44,413 nucleotides of DNA from Victivallaceae bacterium (GTDB lineage Bacteria > Verrucomicrobiota > Lentisphaeria > Victivallales > Victivallaceae). Positions 35,689-44,413 of the stretch are shown piece by piece. The position numbers and the translations under genes are program-made. Every line of letters starts with the position of its first letter. Position 1 is the stretch's first letter. The stretch spans positions 1 through 44,413 of the forward strand of contig JAKIUY010000025.1 of the NCBI GenBank assembly GCA_021647315.1, given 5' to 3'. The notes beneath the pieces were generated by a model. It did not search any database, had not been told where the DNA came from, and saw nothing but the letters and a program-made list of their open reading frames with translations.

Positions 35689-35819
35689 AACATTATTCTT
35701 TCTGTTTCTACTCGTTAGTTTATTCCCTTAGTTTCTATTATAGCTTATATTTATCTTAATAACAAGTTATATAATACCTTTTTAGTGTTATTTTGATAAA
35801 TCTTTACTGGAATGGAATT

Positions 35820-38807
35820 TTATTTGCCGCAGCACTTTTTGTATTTTCTGCCACTGCCGCACGGACACGGATCATTGCGTCCTACTTTCGGCATCTCGCG
35901 GCGGAAGGTAATTTGAATCTGTTCATCGCCGAATATTTCGTCATCCTCTGGCTCAAACCCTTCGGTATTGACTGATGCATCCTCGAACTGATCAAATGAT
36001 TGATGGACAAGTTCCTGAGGTATATTGTCAAGCATCTGTTCAAGCTCTTCCAAAGTTGCAATTGAAGCCCGGAACATATTGAACAGTACACCGTTATAAA
36101 TCTGCGACATCAGTGTTTCAAAAACCTTGAATGCTTCATTTTTATACTCAATCAGCGGATCCTTCTGAGCATAAGCCCGTAAACTAATGCTTGAACGCAG
36201 ATAATCCATTTCGTGGAGATGCTCTTGCCACCGCTGGTCAATAGCTTCGATAATAATATGACGTTCCAGCCACATTTTCTGATCATCTTCTTCGCCGGAT
36301 TCACGCTGCTTGTAAGCATCATGAATCGTTCGCATAATATCACTAAATAACTGTTCATGGCTTTCAGGTTCCCCGGTTTCCGCATTAAGTCTCAGTTTAT
36401 GCTCCTGGAAATTAAGCGGGAAAGTCGTATTAAGCCAAGTCAACAGCATATCAGAATTGAATGTTTTTTGTCCACTCTCTTCAACAGGCGGCATCGTTGC
36501 CTGGGCAATCGCGTTATCAACTTCCTGTTCGACAATATTAAAAATAACCGCTTTGGGCTTATCTGACAACAGGGCGCTTTTACGCAGTCCGTAAACTATT
36601 TCACGCTGTTTATTCATTACATCATCATATTCAAGGGTACGCTTACGCACCGCAAAATGTTGCTGCTCAACTCGTTTCTGAGCGGTTTCAATTGAACGGT
36701 TCAACCATGGATGCTGCAACTCTTCCCCTTCCTCAAGGCCGAATCTTTCCATGATTTTGACAATGCGGTCTGAGCCGAACAGGCGCATCAGATTATCTTC
36801 AAGTGATACATAGAATTTTGATGAGCCCGGATCGCCTTGACGCGAACAGCGTCCGCGCAACTGACGGTCAATACGTCTGGCATCATGCCTGGCACTGGCG
36901 ATAACATGCAGTCCACCGATATCTGCAATGCCATCACCCAATTTAATATCTGTTCCGCGCCCTGCCATATTGGTTGCCACGGTTACCGCACCAAGCTGAC
37001 CAGCCTGAGCAATGATTTCCGATTCCCGTTGGTGGTTTTTGGCGTTAAGAACATTATGCGGTATATTTTTACGTTTAAGGAAACGGCTGATCAGTTCTGA
37101 ATCATCGACTGAAACCGTTCCCAACAGTATCGGCTGCCCTGCCGCATGACGTTCTGTTACCTCTTCAACTATAGCATTATATTTTTCCCGTTTGGTCTTG
37201 AAGATCGAGTCATTGTCATCAATCCGTTGGCACGGTTTATTGGTTGGGATAACAATCACATCCAATTTGTAAATCTGATGGAATTCATTAGCTTCAGTTT
37301 CAGCTGTTCCGGTCATTCCCGAGAGTTTTTCATACATTCTGAAATAGTTCTGAATTGTAATTGATGCCAGCGTCTGGGTTTCACGTTCGATTTTAACCCC
37401 TTCCTTGGCTTCCAGGGCTTGGTGAAGACCGTCACTGAAGCGGCGACCTGCCATCAAGCGTCCGGTGTGTTCATCTACAATCATCACTTTATTTTGCTGA
37501 ACGACATAATGAACATCTTTTTCAAACAGACAATATGCTTTTAACAGCTGGGAAATATTATGTAAGCGTTCGCTTTTAACACTGAAATCTTCCTGGAACT
37601 GTTGTTTTTTCGCAATTTTACCTTCAAACTCAAGTGTGTCATCTTCATCGATTTCCTGCAGACCGACCACCAGGTCAGGCATAATAAATGCATCTGGGTC
37701 GTCAGGTGAGATTTCAATTCGTCCATTTTCGGTCAGATCCGCTTCGTTATTGCGTTCATCAATAGCAAAATAGAGTATTGACTGGACTTGCTGCAACATG
37801 CCGCGATTATTATCGCTGCGTACTTTCATTTCCAGCTTTTCCAGCTCCTTGAGGATCGAACCATCTTCCAGTATATGCATCAACTGTTTATGCGTCGGCA
37901 TCCCGAATTTAACCTGAATCAGCTTGGTTAATGCATCGTTAAATTGTTCCTGTGACGGCTCTTCCATCGCCAGAACTTCGCGTGCTTCACGAATCAACCG
38001 TGAACATAAATGGCTCTGCTTACTGAACAGGGTGGCGATTAGCGGCTGGATTTTATCAAACTGATGGGTGGAGATATTTACCGGACCGGAAATAATCAGC
38101 GGAGTTCTGGCTTCATCAATCAGAATACTGTCAATTTCGTCAATTATTACATAAAAATGATCACGCTGCACCATCTCTTCCGCACTGTTTGCCATACCCA
38201 TATCACGCAGATAATCGAAGCCGAATTCACTGTTTGTACCATAGGTTATATCACATGCATACTGTTCACGGCGTTGTGGAGGAGGCATCATGTTTTCCAG
38301 ACAGCCGACGGTTAAGCCCAGAAATTTATAAACTGTGCCCATCCAATCAGCATCCCGGCTGGCCAGAAAGTCATTAACTGTTACCAACTGGACATTGCGT
38401 CCGGTTAAAGCATTTAGATAGAGTGGCATTGTGGCTACCAGAGTTTTCCCTTCACCGGTTGCCATTTCAGCAATATTGCCGCGATGCAGGGCAACTCCAC
38501 CGATAAGCTGAACATCATACGGAATCATATCCCAGACCATCTGGTGTTCACTGACTGTTATTTCCTGTCCCATCAATCGCCGGCAGGCATTTTTCACCGT
38601 CGCGAAGGCTTCGCACATAATATCATCAGTTGTTTCACCGTTTTTCAAACGTTCTCTGAACTCAACGGTTTTAGCTTTCAGCTCAGTATCGGACAGTTTC
38701 TGATATTCTTCTTCAAAAGCATTTATCTCACCTACCAGCGGTAGCATCTTTTTCAGATCGCGATCTGATTTCGTACCGAAGATTTTTTTCAAAAAATAAC
38801 TGATCAT
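35820..38807 (-). CDS. secA: Preprotein translocase ATPase SecA (with the C-terminal zinc finger [14 protein letters not shown])
   Basis: 995 aa. DEAD-like motor motifs and the C-terminal Zn-binding tail. Confidence 0.97.
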   Translation of the reverse strand: MISYFLKKIFGTKSDRDLKKMLPLVGEINAFEEEYQKLSDTELKAKTVEFRERLKNGETTDDIMCEAFATVKNACRRLMGQEITVSEHQMVWDMIPYDVQLIGGVALHRGNIAEMATGEGKTLVATMPLYLNALTGRNVQLVTVNDFLASRDADWMGTVYKFLGLTVGCLENMMPPPQRREQYACDITYGTNSEFGFDYLRDMGMANSAEEMVQRDHFYVIIDEIDSILIDEARTPLIISGPVNISTHQFDKIQPLIATLFSKQSHLCSRLIREAREVLAMEEPSQEQFNDALTKLIQVKFGMPTHKQLMHILEDGSILKELEKLEMKVRSDNNRGMLQQVQSILYFAIDERNNEADLTENGRIEISPDDPDAFIMPDLVVGLQEIDEDDTLEFEGKIAKKQQFQEDFSVKSERLHNISQLLKAYCLFEKDVHYVVQQNKVMIVDEHTGRLMAGRRFSDGLHQALEAKEGVKIERETQTLASITIQNYFRMYEKLSGMTGTAETEANEFHQIYKLDVIVIPTNKPCQRIDDNDSIFKTKREKYNAIVEEVTERHAAGQPILLGTVSVDDSELISRFLKRKNIPHNVLNAKNHQRESEIIAQAGQLGAVTVATNMAGRGTDIKLGDGIADIGGLHVIASARHDARRIDRQLRGRCSRQGDPGSSKFYVSLEDNLMRLFGSDRIVKIMERFGLEEGEELQHPWLNRSIETAQKRVEQQHFAVRKRTLEYDDVMNKQREIVYGLRKSALLSDKPKAVIFNIVEQEVDNAIAQATMPPVEESGQKTFNSDMLLTWLNTTFPLNFQEHKLRLNAETGEPESHEQLFSDIMRTIHDAYKQRESGEEDDQKMWLERHIIIEAIDQRWQEHLHEMDYLRSSISLRAYAQKDPLIEYKNEAFKVFETLMSQIYNGVLFNMFRASIATLEELEQMLDNIPQELVHQSFDQFEDASVNTEGFEPEDDEIFGDEQIQITFRREMPKVGRNDPCPCGSGRKYKKCCGK

Positions 38808-38907
38808 AATTAACTCTTTTTCTTAATTGACTATAGAAAATTGTATTTATTATTTATTCGATATTTAACGTTTTACATTCAATACCGGCGATGTTCAAAC
38901 CGAAGTC

Positions 38908-39477
38908 TTATGATTTTGACCCAGGTGTATCAATCTGTAACCCTGCTTTACACAACGCACACTCTGCAGGATTATAAGTTTCAAGTTCCAGTTTTATTAA
39001 ACTTTTGTGCGGAATATCAAATGTTGCCTGCCCGCCGCTACGGTCAACCAGAACTCCGATGCCGACAACTTCAGCCCCAAGCGAACGCACTAGGTCAATG
39101 GTCTGCTGAACTCTGCCGCCACGGGTGATAACATCTTCAGCGATCAATACTTTTTCGCCAGGCTTGAATTTAAAACCACGTTTAAGCACCAGCTCATCAT
39201 TAACTTTATCGGCAAAAATAGCTCTGACTTTAAGCGCCCGACCCATTTCCTGACCCACAATCAGTCCGCCGACTGCCGGTGAAATTACCGTCTCAATTTT
39301 GACGTCTGCAAACTGTTTGGCAAGCTCAACACAGACCTGTTCAGCCAAGTTAGGGTACTGCAACAGCAATGCCGCCTGAAAGAAACGGTTGCTGTGTAAG
39401 CCGCTACGCAGTTTGAAATGTCCCTCAAGCAGAGCTTTTGAATTCTGGAAAATCTTGATTATCTCTTCGTTAGTCAT
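38908..39477 (-). CDS. pyrE: Orotate phosphoribosyltransferase
   Basis: 189 aa. PRPP-binding motif VLIAEDVITRGG. Confidence 0.9.
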   Translation of the reverse strand: MTNEEIIKIFQNSKALLEGHFKLRSGLHSNRFFQAALLLQYPNLAEQVCVELAKQFADVKIETVISPAVGGLIVGQEMGRALKVRAIFADKVNDELVLKRGFKFKPGEKVLIAEDVITRGGRVQQTIDLVRSLGAEVVGIGVLVDRSGGQATFDIPHKSLIKLELETYNPAECALCKAGLQIDTPGSKS

Positions 39478-39538
39478 TTTTTTATCCTATTTTATGTAAG
39501 AGCGCAGTTAAATTTGTTTTCGCGCTATTGTTTATTGG

Positions 39539-39934
39539 TTATCTGAATGTATCCGGTGATGATGGCTCAACCCAGAGATGGAAATCAACCTGTTTGCCAC
39601 TGAGATTCAGGGTGATTAAGGTATTCAGGCGTGTCAGCAGCAGAGCATAAGGAATTTTCACATCACCGCCAGCAACATTTACCGAAACATTGGCGTCGCC
39701 AAGAATATCTTCAGCCTGACGGATTGCACTGATTAGGTTATGCATTCTCAACAGTTTATCTCTCAAATCGCCATCTATAGAGTAGGAGTTGTGGCATTTT
39801 TCACACACCGCGGCAAAATTCTTTGCCGTTACATCAACTAAATCAAATTTTATTATTCCGTTGCAGTCATCCGCCAGACAGTTGAAATCAATCTGTGCTT
39901 TCGCTGTAACTGCATTATCTTTATTGGTAGCCAT
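39539..39934 (-). CDS. Hypothetical protein with an N-terminal Cys4 zinc-ribbon-like motif (C..DC...C..C)
   Basis: ORF co-oriented with and immediately upstream of pyrE and secA. No family recognised. Confidence 0.4.
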   Translation of the reverse strand: MATNKDNAVTAKAQIDFNCLADDCNGIIKFDLVDVTAKNFAAVCEKCHNSYSIDGDLRDKLLRMHNLISAIRQAEDILGDANVSVNVAGGDVKIPYALLLTRLNTLITLNLSGKQVDFHLWVEPSSPDTFR

Positions 39935-40273
39935 GGTCTTTTACCTGTATATTTTATTAAATAATTTAATGAGCTATTTTGCCTGTTGTAAACTCAAAAT
40001 ATAGGCTCTTTTAGATAAAATACAAACGATGAAGCAATTATCAGTGAGCTGTTATCCAGAACTCCGCTCCAACCTGCTTAGAGCGTAAATAAAAAGTCCA
40101 AATAGAACTCCATTGTTTTGCGTGTTTAAAGCGGTGGAAATTTACTCAAAAAGATTAATGCATTACCATACTCCATTTGGAGTGCGAAAATTCTTTTCCG
40201 CGTAGCCTTTTCGACTCGGCTGGAGTGATATATTGATAGATTTTAGTACCTGTTTCATTGTCGTTTTCTGCTT

Positions 40274-40320
40274 CCTCGTCAACAGTAAGCTGGTTTCCTG
40301 TTGACGACGAGTTATTTTTG
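40274..40320 (+). terminator. Terminator-like hairpin (CTCGTCAACAG / CTGTTGACGACGAG) followed by TTATTTTTGT on the + strand
   Basis: It lies 10 nt downstream of the minus-strand DUF386 gene's stop, but the U-tract is on the + strand. It may end an unannotated + strand transcript from 39960-40273, or act as a bidirectional terminator. Confidence 0.35.
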
Positions 40321-40328
40321 TGTAGTTT

Positions 40329-40802
40329 TTAAGCTAGCAGGCTACGATGAATTTTAACTACCGCTTTTTTGACTGTAGTGACTTGGTTGGTGATCAGGCC
40401 CGGCGCATGGCCCTCTTCTGTCAGGAAGATGGCAAAAAGCCCCGGAACCAGTTTGACCGTTGAACTTTCAGTTGCATTGTAGGCGTGAAACGCAATATCA
40501 TTGTCTGAATTGTAAGCCACTGTCTCTGGAGTTAATTCTGGTAGCGCCCAGCCGATGGTCTCTTCTCCTGCAAGTAAAACTTGAATATCAATATATTCAC
40601 GATGATATTCAAGTTGTGCTTCGTTAGCCGCTTTTGTTTCGTAGGATGCTACCATACAGAACATATTATCGCCGTCAATATCGTAACGTTGTTCTGTTGA
40701 ATTAGCATCAAGTTTTCCTAGCAGTTCAAATGCTGGACGCAGTTTATCGGCGATTGCGCTTGAGAAGTAATTTTCCCAGTTGGTTGTTTTATCAAAAATC
40801 AT
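40329..40802 (-). CDS. YhcH/YjgK/YiaL-family (DUF386) protein
   Basis: RYDIDGDNMFCMV..EYHREYIDIQVLLAGEE..LVPGLFAIFLTEEGHAPG..VKKAVVKI is collinear with E. coli YhcH (YELQGDNIFMNV..HEQYIDIQLLLNGEE..LKPGMFAVFMPGEPHKPG..IKKVVVKV). Confidence 0.75.
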   Translation of the reverse strand: MIFDKTTNWENYFSSAIADKLRPAFELLGKLDANSTEQRYDIDGDNMFCMVASYETKAANEAQLEYHREYIDIQVLLAGEETIGWALPELTPETVAYNSDNDIAFHAYNATESSTVKLVPGLFAIFLTEEGHAPGLITNQVTTVKKAVVKIHRSLLA

Positions 40803-41159
40803 CTTGTTTTCCTTTGGGTTTAAGTTAAGTGGCTCCTGAAAGTAGCAGGCTTCTTAATTCTTCATGACTGTCAATGAGAAGAGCAGTCCGCAGTCCGCAG
40901 CCCATCGGCCTATTGTGTCCGTCCGTCCAACAGTCCAACTTCTCAACGCGCAGGCTCAAGTCCATTAGTCAATCACACGCAGTTGTGCACTACTGTGTCT
41001 GTGTCGCTAAGGACGCAGAGAGCCCTTTTAAATTAAAAATACAGAAAAAGAGGGAATATACAAGTTTTTTATAAAGATATATTTAAGAATTGAAAAAAAC
41101 ATGAAGGTGATTATTGTATAGCAACAGTACTAGGGTTAGACAAAAAAAGGAATATCAAT

Positions 41160-42131
41160 ATGAAAATTATGGTTTGCGGCGGTGCCGGTTATATCGGTAG
41201 CGCATGTACTGAATATTTATTGGATAATGGACATGAAGTGGTAGTTTTTGATTCATTGGTTACCGGACATGAGGCGGCAATTGACCCGCGTGCCGGTTTT
41301 ATCAAGGGCGATCTTGGCAACCGTGACCTGTTGATGCAGAGTGTCAAGGACGGTCAATTCGAAGCTATTATGCATTTTGCGGCATTTTCACTGGTTGGTG
41401 AATCAATGCAGGATCCTGGAAAATATTTTCGCAACAACCTCTGTAATGCCATCAATATGGCTGACGCGGCAGTAGCCGGTGGTGTCCGGACGATTGTTTT
41501 TTCAAGCACTGCGGCGACTTTCGGCGAACCGGATGAAATCCCGATTCGCGAAACTACTACCCAATGTCCGATTAATCCTTATGGCGAATCAAAACTCTGT
41601 TTCGAGAAAGTTCTTTACTGGTATAATAAAGTTCATGGCTTGCAATATGCGGCATTGCGTTACTTTAATGCCGCCGGTGCAACCGAAAACTTCGGTGAAG
41701 ACCATAATCCTGAAACTCATCTGATCCCGATTATTCTTCAGGTTGCCCAGGGTAAACGTGAGAAAATTATGATTTACGGCGATGATTATGATACTCCGGA
41801 CGGCACCTGTGTCCGTGACTATATCCATATCCTGGATCTGGCTCAGGCTCACATGCTGGCACTGAATGCCCCGGAAAGCGGTCATTACAATCTCGGTACC
41901 GGCAACGGTCTGAGTGTCAAGGAAATTATTGAGGCTGCCCGCAAGGTTACTGGACATGAAATCCCGGCTGAAATTGCCCCACGCCGTGCCGGTGATCCAC
42001 CGCGCTTGATTGCCTGTTCTGATCTGATCAAGAAAAAACTGGGCTGGCAACCGCAGTTTGAGGATGCTGAAACAATTATTGAATCAGTCTGGAAATGGAT
42101 TCAGAAGAATCCAGATGGCTATGATGATTAA
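41160..42131 (+). CDS. galE: UDP-glucose 4-epimerase
   Basis: MKIMVCGGAGYIGSACTEYLLDNGHEVVVFD, the YxxxK context, 323 aa. Confidence 0.9.
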   Translation: MKIMVCGGAGYIGSACTEYLLDNGHEVVVFDSLVTGHEAAIDPRAGFIKGDLGNRDLLMQSVKDGQFEAIMHFAAFSLVGESMQDPGKYFRNNLCNAINMADAAVAGGVRTIVFSSTAATFGEPDEIPIRETTTQCPINPYGESKLCFEKVLYWYNKVHGLQYAALRYFNAAGATENFGEDHNPETHLIPIILQVAQGKREKIMIYGDDYDTPDGTCVRDYIHILDLAQAHMLALNAPESGHYNLGTGNGLSVKEIIEAARKVTGHEIPAEIAPRRAGDPPRLIACSDLIKKKLGWQPQFEDAETIIESVWKWIQKNPDGYDD

Positions 42132-42188
42132 TGGTTAATGGTTGCGAAAAATGAAATTGTAGGGGTGTCCCTTGCGGGTACCTGAAAT

Positions 42189-42800
42189 ATGGAGAATATA
42201 ATGAAAAAGATTTTTGTGATGATTTTTGTGCTGGGAATGGTTGTTAATCTGTCAGCAACAACAGTTGAATTAGCTAAAAAGATTGATTTGGTTAATAAAT
42301 TGATGAAGGTAACAAAAGTTGAAGAGCAGATGATGAATTCGCTTAAGATGGTTAAAAATATGCAAAAAAATATGATTAACCAGCTAACTGGCAATATTAA
42401 AGATCGTGAATCTGCGCTTAAAATTCAACAGAAAAGTTTTGAGCTGGTGATGAAAGAATTCAGTTGGAATAAATTTCAGGATGATTTTGCTAAGATTTAT
42501 GCTGAAGTTTTTTCAGTGAAGGAGCTCGAAGGATTAATTGCATTCTATAAATCAGATCTGGGTCAGACTGTGATCAATAAAATGCCATTAATTCAGCAGA
42601 AACTAATGCCATTAATTCAGAAAAAGGTAATGCAATTGATACCAAAGCTGAAAAAAGCGGTTGAAAAAATGGTTGCCAAAGAAAAGGCAAAAGCCGTAGC
42701 ACGCAAACAAGCGGCGACTAAACAGCAAGTTTCGGTAAAAACCGACAAGAAGAGCAATCCTAAACCCGATCAGAAAACCGGTGCAACGCCGAAAAAATAG
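42189..42800 (+). CDS. Secreted DUF2059-like protein with a Lys-rich C-terminal tail
   Basis: Signal peptide MKKIFVMIFVLGMVVNLSA (the start may be 42201). LEGLIAFYKSDLGQ resembles the DUF2059 FYxSPxGQK motif. Confidence 0.5.
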   Translation: MENIMKKIFVMIFVLGMVVNLSATTVELAKKIDLVNKLMKVTKVEEQMMNSLKMVKNMQKNMINQLTGNIKDRESALKIQQKSFELVMKEFSWNKFQDDFAKIYAEVFSVKELEGLIAFYKSDLGQTVINKMPLIQQKLMPLIQKKVMQLIPKLKKAVEKMVAKEKAKAVARKQAATKQQVSVKTDKKSNPKPDQKTGATPKK

Positions 42801-42901
42801 TCAGACTGCTGTGTGACCAGTAGTTTGCGAAAACAGTCCAGAGCCGTTTCATGCTATAGCAAAAGTGTTTTGATAATAAGCTTCTTATAGCTTTTAAATC
42901 A

Positions 42902-42955
42902 GCGCATTCGCGGCTAACGTTTTTTGTTTTTATTCGTTCCGGCAAAGCCGGTTAT
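42902..42955 (+). repeat. Composite family-A repeat (GCGCATTCGCGGC box, T-rich tract, then CCGGCAAAGCCGG-TTAT), 19 nt upstream of the dnaQ-like gene
   Basis: Near-identical to 17052-17104. Confidence 0.5.
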
Positions 42956-42973
42956 GTTTATGGATTTTAATTA

Positions 42974-43537
42974 ATGGAGAGAGCGTTGAGTAAGATTTGG
43001 TATGAACTTGGACCGTTTACGGTTTTTGATGTGGAAACGACCGGAATGAGTCCGGCTCGCGATCGCATGGTCGAGATTGCCGCCGTCAGAATTGAGACGG
43101 ATGGTGAAATTAGCCGTTGGCAAACCCTGTTGAATCCTGGATGTCTGATCCCTTATGCTGCGACCAGAGTTCATCGCATAACAGATGAAATGGTTAGCGA
43201 TGCTCCGAGTTTCAGCGATGCCGGATTTGAATTTCTGGACTTTGCCTGTGACTCAACGCTTGTGGCGCACAATGCCCGTTTTGACCTTGGTTTTTTGCAG
43301 GAAAGCTTGGCGCGGCATGGTCTTGAACTGTGGCGTGGCAAGACTATGGATACGATACGATTGATGAAGCAGGCCTATGCCGGGTTGCCCAGTTACAGTT
43401 TACAGAATCTGCGTCAGGCGTTTCAACTCGATGATTATGATGGACAGCAGGCGCATCGTGCCGCAGCTGATGTTGAATGGACTATTCAGATATTACAGAT
43501 TGCCCTGACTGCACTAATGAAGACTTGCCGATCCTAA
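42974..43537 (+). CDS. DnaQ-like 3'-5' exonuclease domain protein (DEDDh, DNA polymerase III epsilon family)
   Basis: Exo I FDVETTG, Exo II LVAHNARFDLGFL, Exo III HRAAADVEWT. An alternative TTG start at 42986 follows GGAGAGAG. Confidence 0.8.
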   Translation: MERALSKIWYELGPFTVFDVETTGMSPARDRMVEIAAVRIETDGEISRWQTLLNPGCLIPYAATRVHRITDEMVSDAPSFSDAGFEFLDFACDSTLVAHNARFDLGFLQESLARHGLELWRGKTMDTIRLMKQAYAGLPSYSLQNLRQAFQLDDYDGQQAHRAAADVEWTIQILQIALTALMKTCRS

Positions 43538-43665
43538 AGTAGCATTATCAGGGCGTAAAAAAGTTAAGATTTCAAGTGTTTGAATGTATAGGCGGCAAGT
43601 GCTTAATCCCTCGTTGTGGATTATCTGCCTATGCGCTTGGAAATCGCAGGGTACTGTTTTTAGTT

Positions 43666-43682
43666 CCGGCAAAGCCGGTTAT
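43666..43682 (+). promoter_or_regulatory. Family-A motif CCGGCAAAGCCGG-TTAT, 180 nt upstream of rplU
   Basis: Exact core match to the other three copies. Confidence 0.4.
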
Positions 43683-43861
43683 GTGCAATTTGCTTCTACA
43701 GGCATTATGAATCATTACTTATAAATGCCATCTATTTGCTTTTTTCTCTTTTTTCGGGCTTGCATGATTCTCTAATTGTTATATATTATGCGTTCATGAA
43801 TATAATTTAAGAAGCTGAATGTTTTCAGCAAAGTCAATATATTAATTAGGAGTCATAGCTT

Positions 43862-44176
43862 ATGTATGCAGTATTAGCCACAGGTGGCAAACAGTATAAG
43901 GTCAAGGAAGAAGACCTTATTGATATTGAAAGAATTGTTGGCGATGTCGGCAGTGAAATAACTTTTTCCGAAATTGTTGCTGTTGGCGAAGAGGGTGGAG
44001 AACTGAAAGCTGGTACTCCGACTGTTGCAGGAGCTAATGTCACGGCCGAAATTATTGACCAGTACCGCGGTAAAAAACTGGTTGTCTTCAAAATGAAGAA
44101 ACGCAAAGGTTATCGTCGCAAAAAAGGTCATCGTCAGGAACTTACCAGAGTTAAAATATCTGCTATTAGTGCCTAG
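43862..44176 (+). CDS. rplU: 50S ribosomal protein L21
   Basis: MYAVLATGGKQYKV...GHRQELTRVKISAI is collinear with E. coli L21. AGGAG ribosome-binding site. Confidence 0.95.
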   Translation: MYAVLATGGKQYKVKEEDLIDIERIVGDVGSEITFSEIVAVGEEGGELKAGTPTVAGANVTAEIIDQYRGKKLVVFKMKKRKGYRRKKGHRQELTRVKISAISA

Positions 44177-44202
44177 CAGTACTTTTTGTTTCGATTTTTA
44201 TG

Positions 44203-44235
44203 ATGCGGCGACCTTATGGTTGGCCGCATTTTTTA
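44203..44235 (+). terminator. Rho-independent terminator after rplU
   Basis: ATGCGGC..GCCGCAT stem followed by T5. No rpmA follows within the window. Confidence 0.5.
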
Positions 44236-44413
44236 TACCCATAATGATAAATTTGAGATTGTGTTTTAGAATTTAACCTTATAAATGGTAGTGTCAAAAG
44301 CGGCATGAAAAAAGATGAAAGTTTTTCTGGTGTCTTTTAAATGATGTTGAGTATCATTTCGCAGTCATAATTCAAGCGGAAAATCAGCATAAACCGCTCG
44401 CAGGCTCGCTATT

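Noticed and set aside
44177-44413. Expected rpmA (L27) downstream of rplU
   Set aside because: A terminator follows rplU, and no ORF in the remaining 230 nt resembles L27 (MAHKKGGG...). rpmA is probably elsewhere or beyond the window.

Overview
This 44.4-kb window looks like chromosomal DNA from a low-GC Gram-negative bacterium. It carries a prepilin-type N-terminal methylation protein with an H-X9-DG C-terminus (DUF1559) next to secA, murD and pyrE, which points (by inference) to the PVC superphylum, for example Lentisphaerota or Verrucomicrobiota. Gene order, left to right:
- a yqiJ/NfeD-like protein and a flotillin (SPFH) pair;
- a decayed sugar locus: a GH38 alpha-mannosidase, remnants of a hexapeptide acetyltransferase, an AraC gene and xylA (the last with an in-frame TGA), and an intact eukaryote-type xylulokinase (xylB);
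- a secreted HExxH protein, then an unusual two-domain IS200/IS605-like (Y1 HUH) protein flanked by hairpins;
- a U32 peptidase, rlmH, and an MFS transporter fused to HEAT repeats that diverges from a lone GspF-like protein;
- an SNF2 helicase and a SWIM zinc-finger protein with a lysine-rich tail;
- a carbohydrate island (AraC, URO-D-like protein, GH4 glycosidase, AraC, DUF362, epimerase, DapA-like lyase) and a TetR regulator;
- a minus-strand housekeeping block: tyrS, a CheY-like receiver, dus, murD, the prepilin-like protein, secA, pyrE, a zinc-ribbon hypothetical and a YhcH/DUF386 protein;
- galE, a DUF2059 protein, a DnaQ-like exonuclease and rplU.
The strongest unexplained signal is in the non-coding DNA. 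At least four families of short dispersed repeats occur:
- a CCGGCAAAGCCGG-TTAT motif close to promoters;
- a two-stem hairpin element with compensatory base changes;
- a MITE-like unit with terminal inverted repeats;
- a roughly 100-nt conserved 5' leader whose distal box is the reverse complement of the Shine-Dalgarno region.
There is also a perfect 9-bp tandem array (10 copies). Every protein-family call was made by eye from motifs. No database searches were run.
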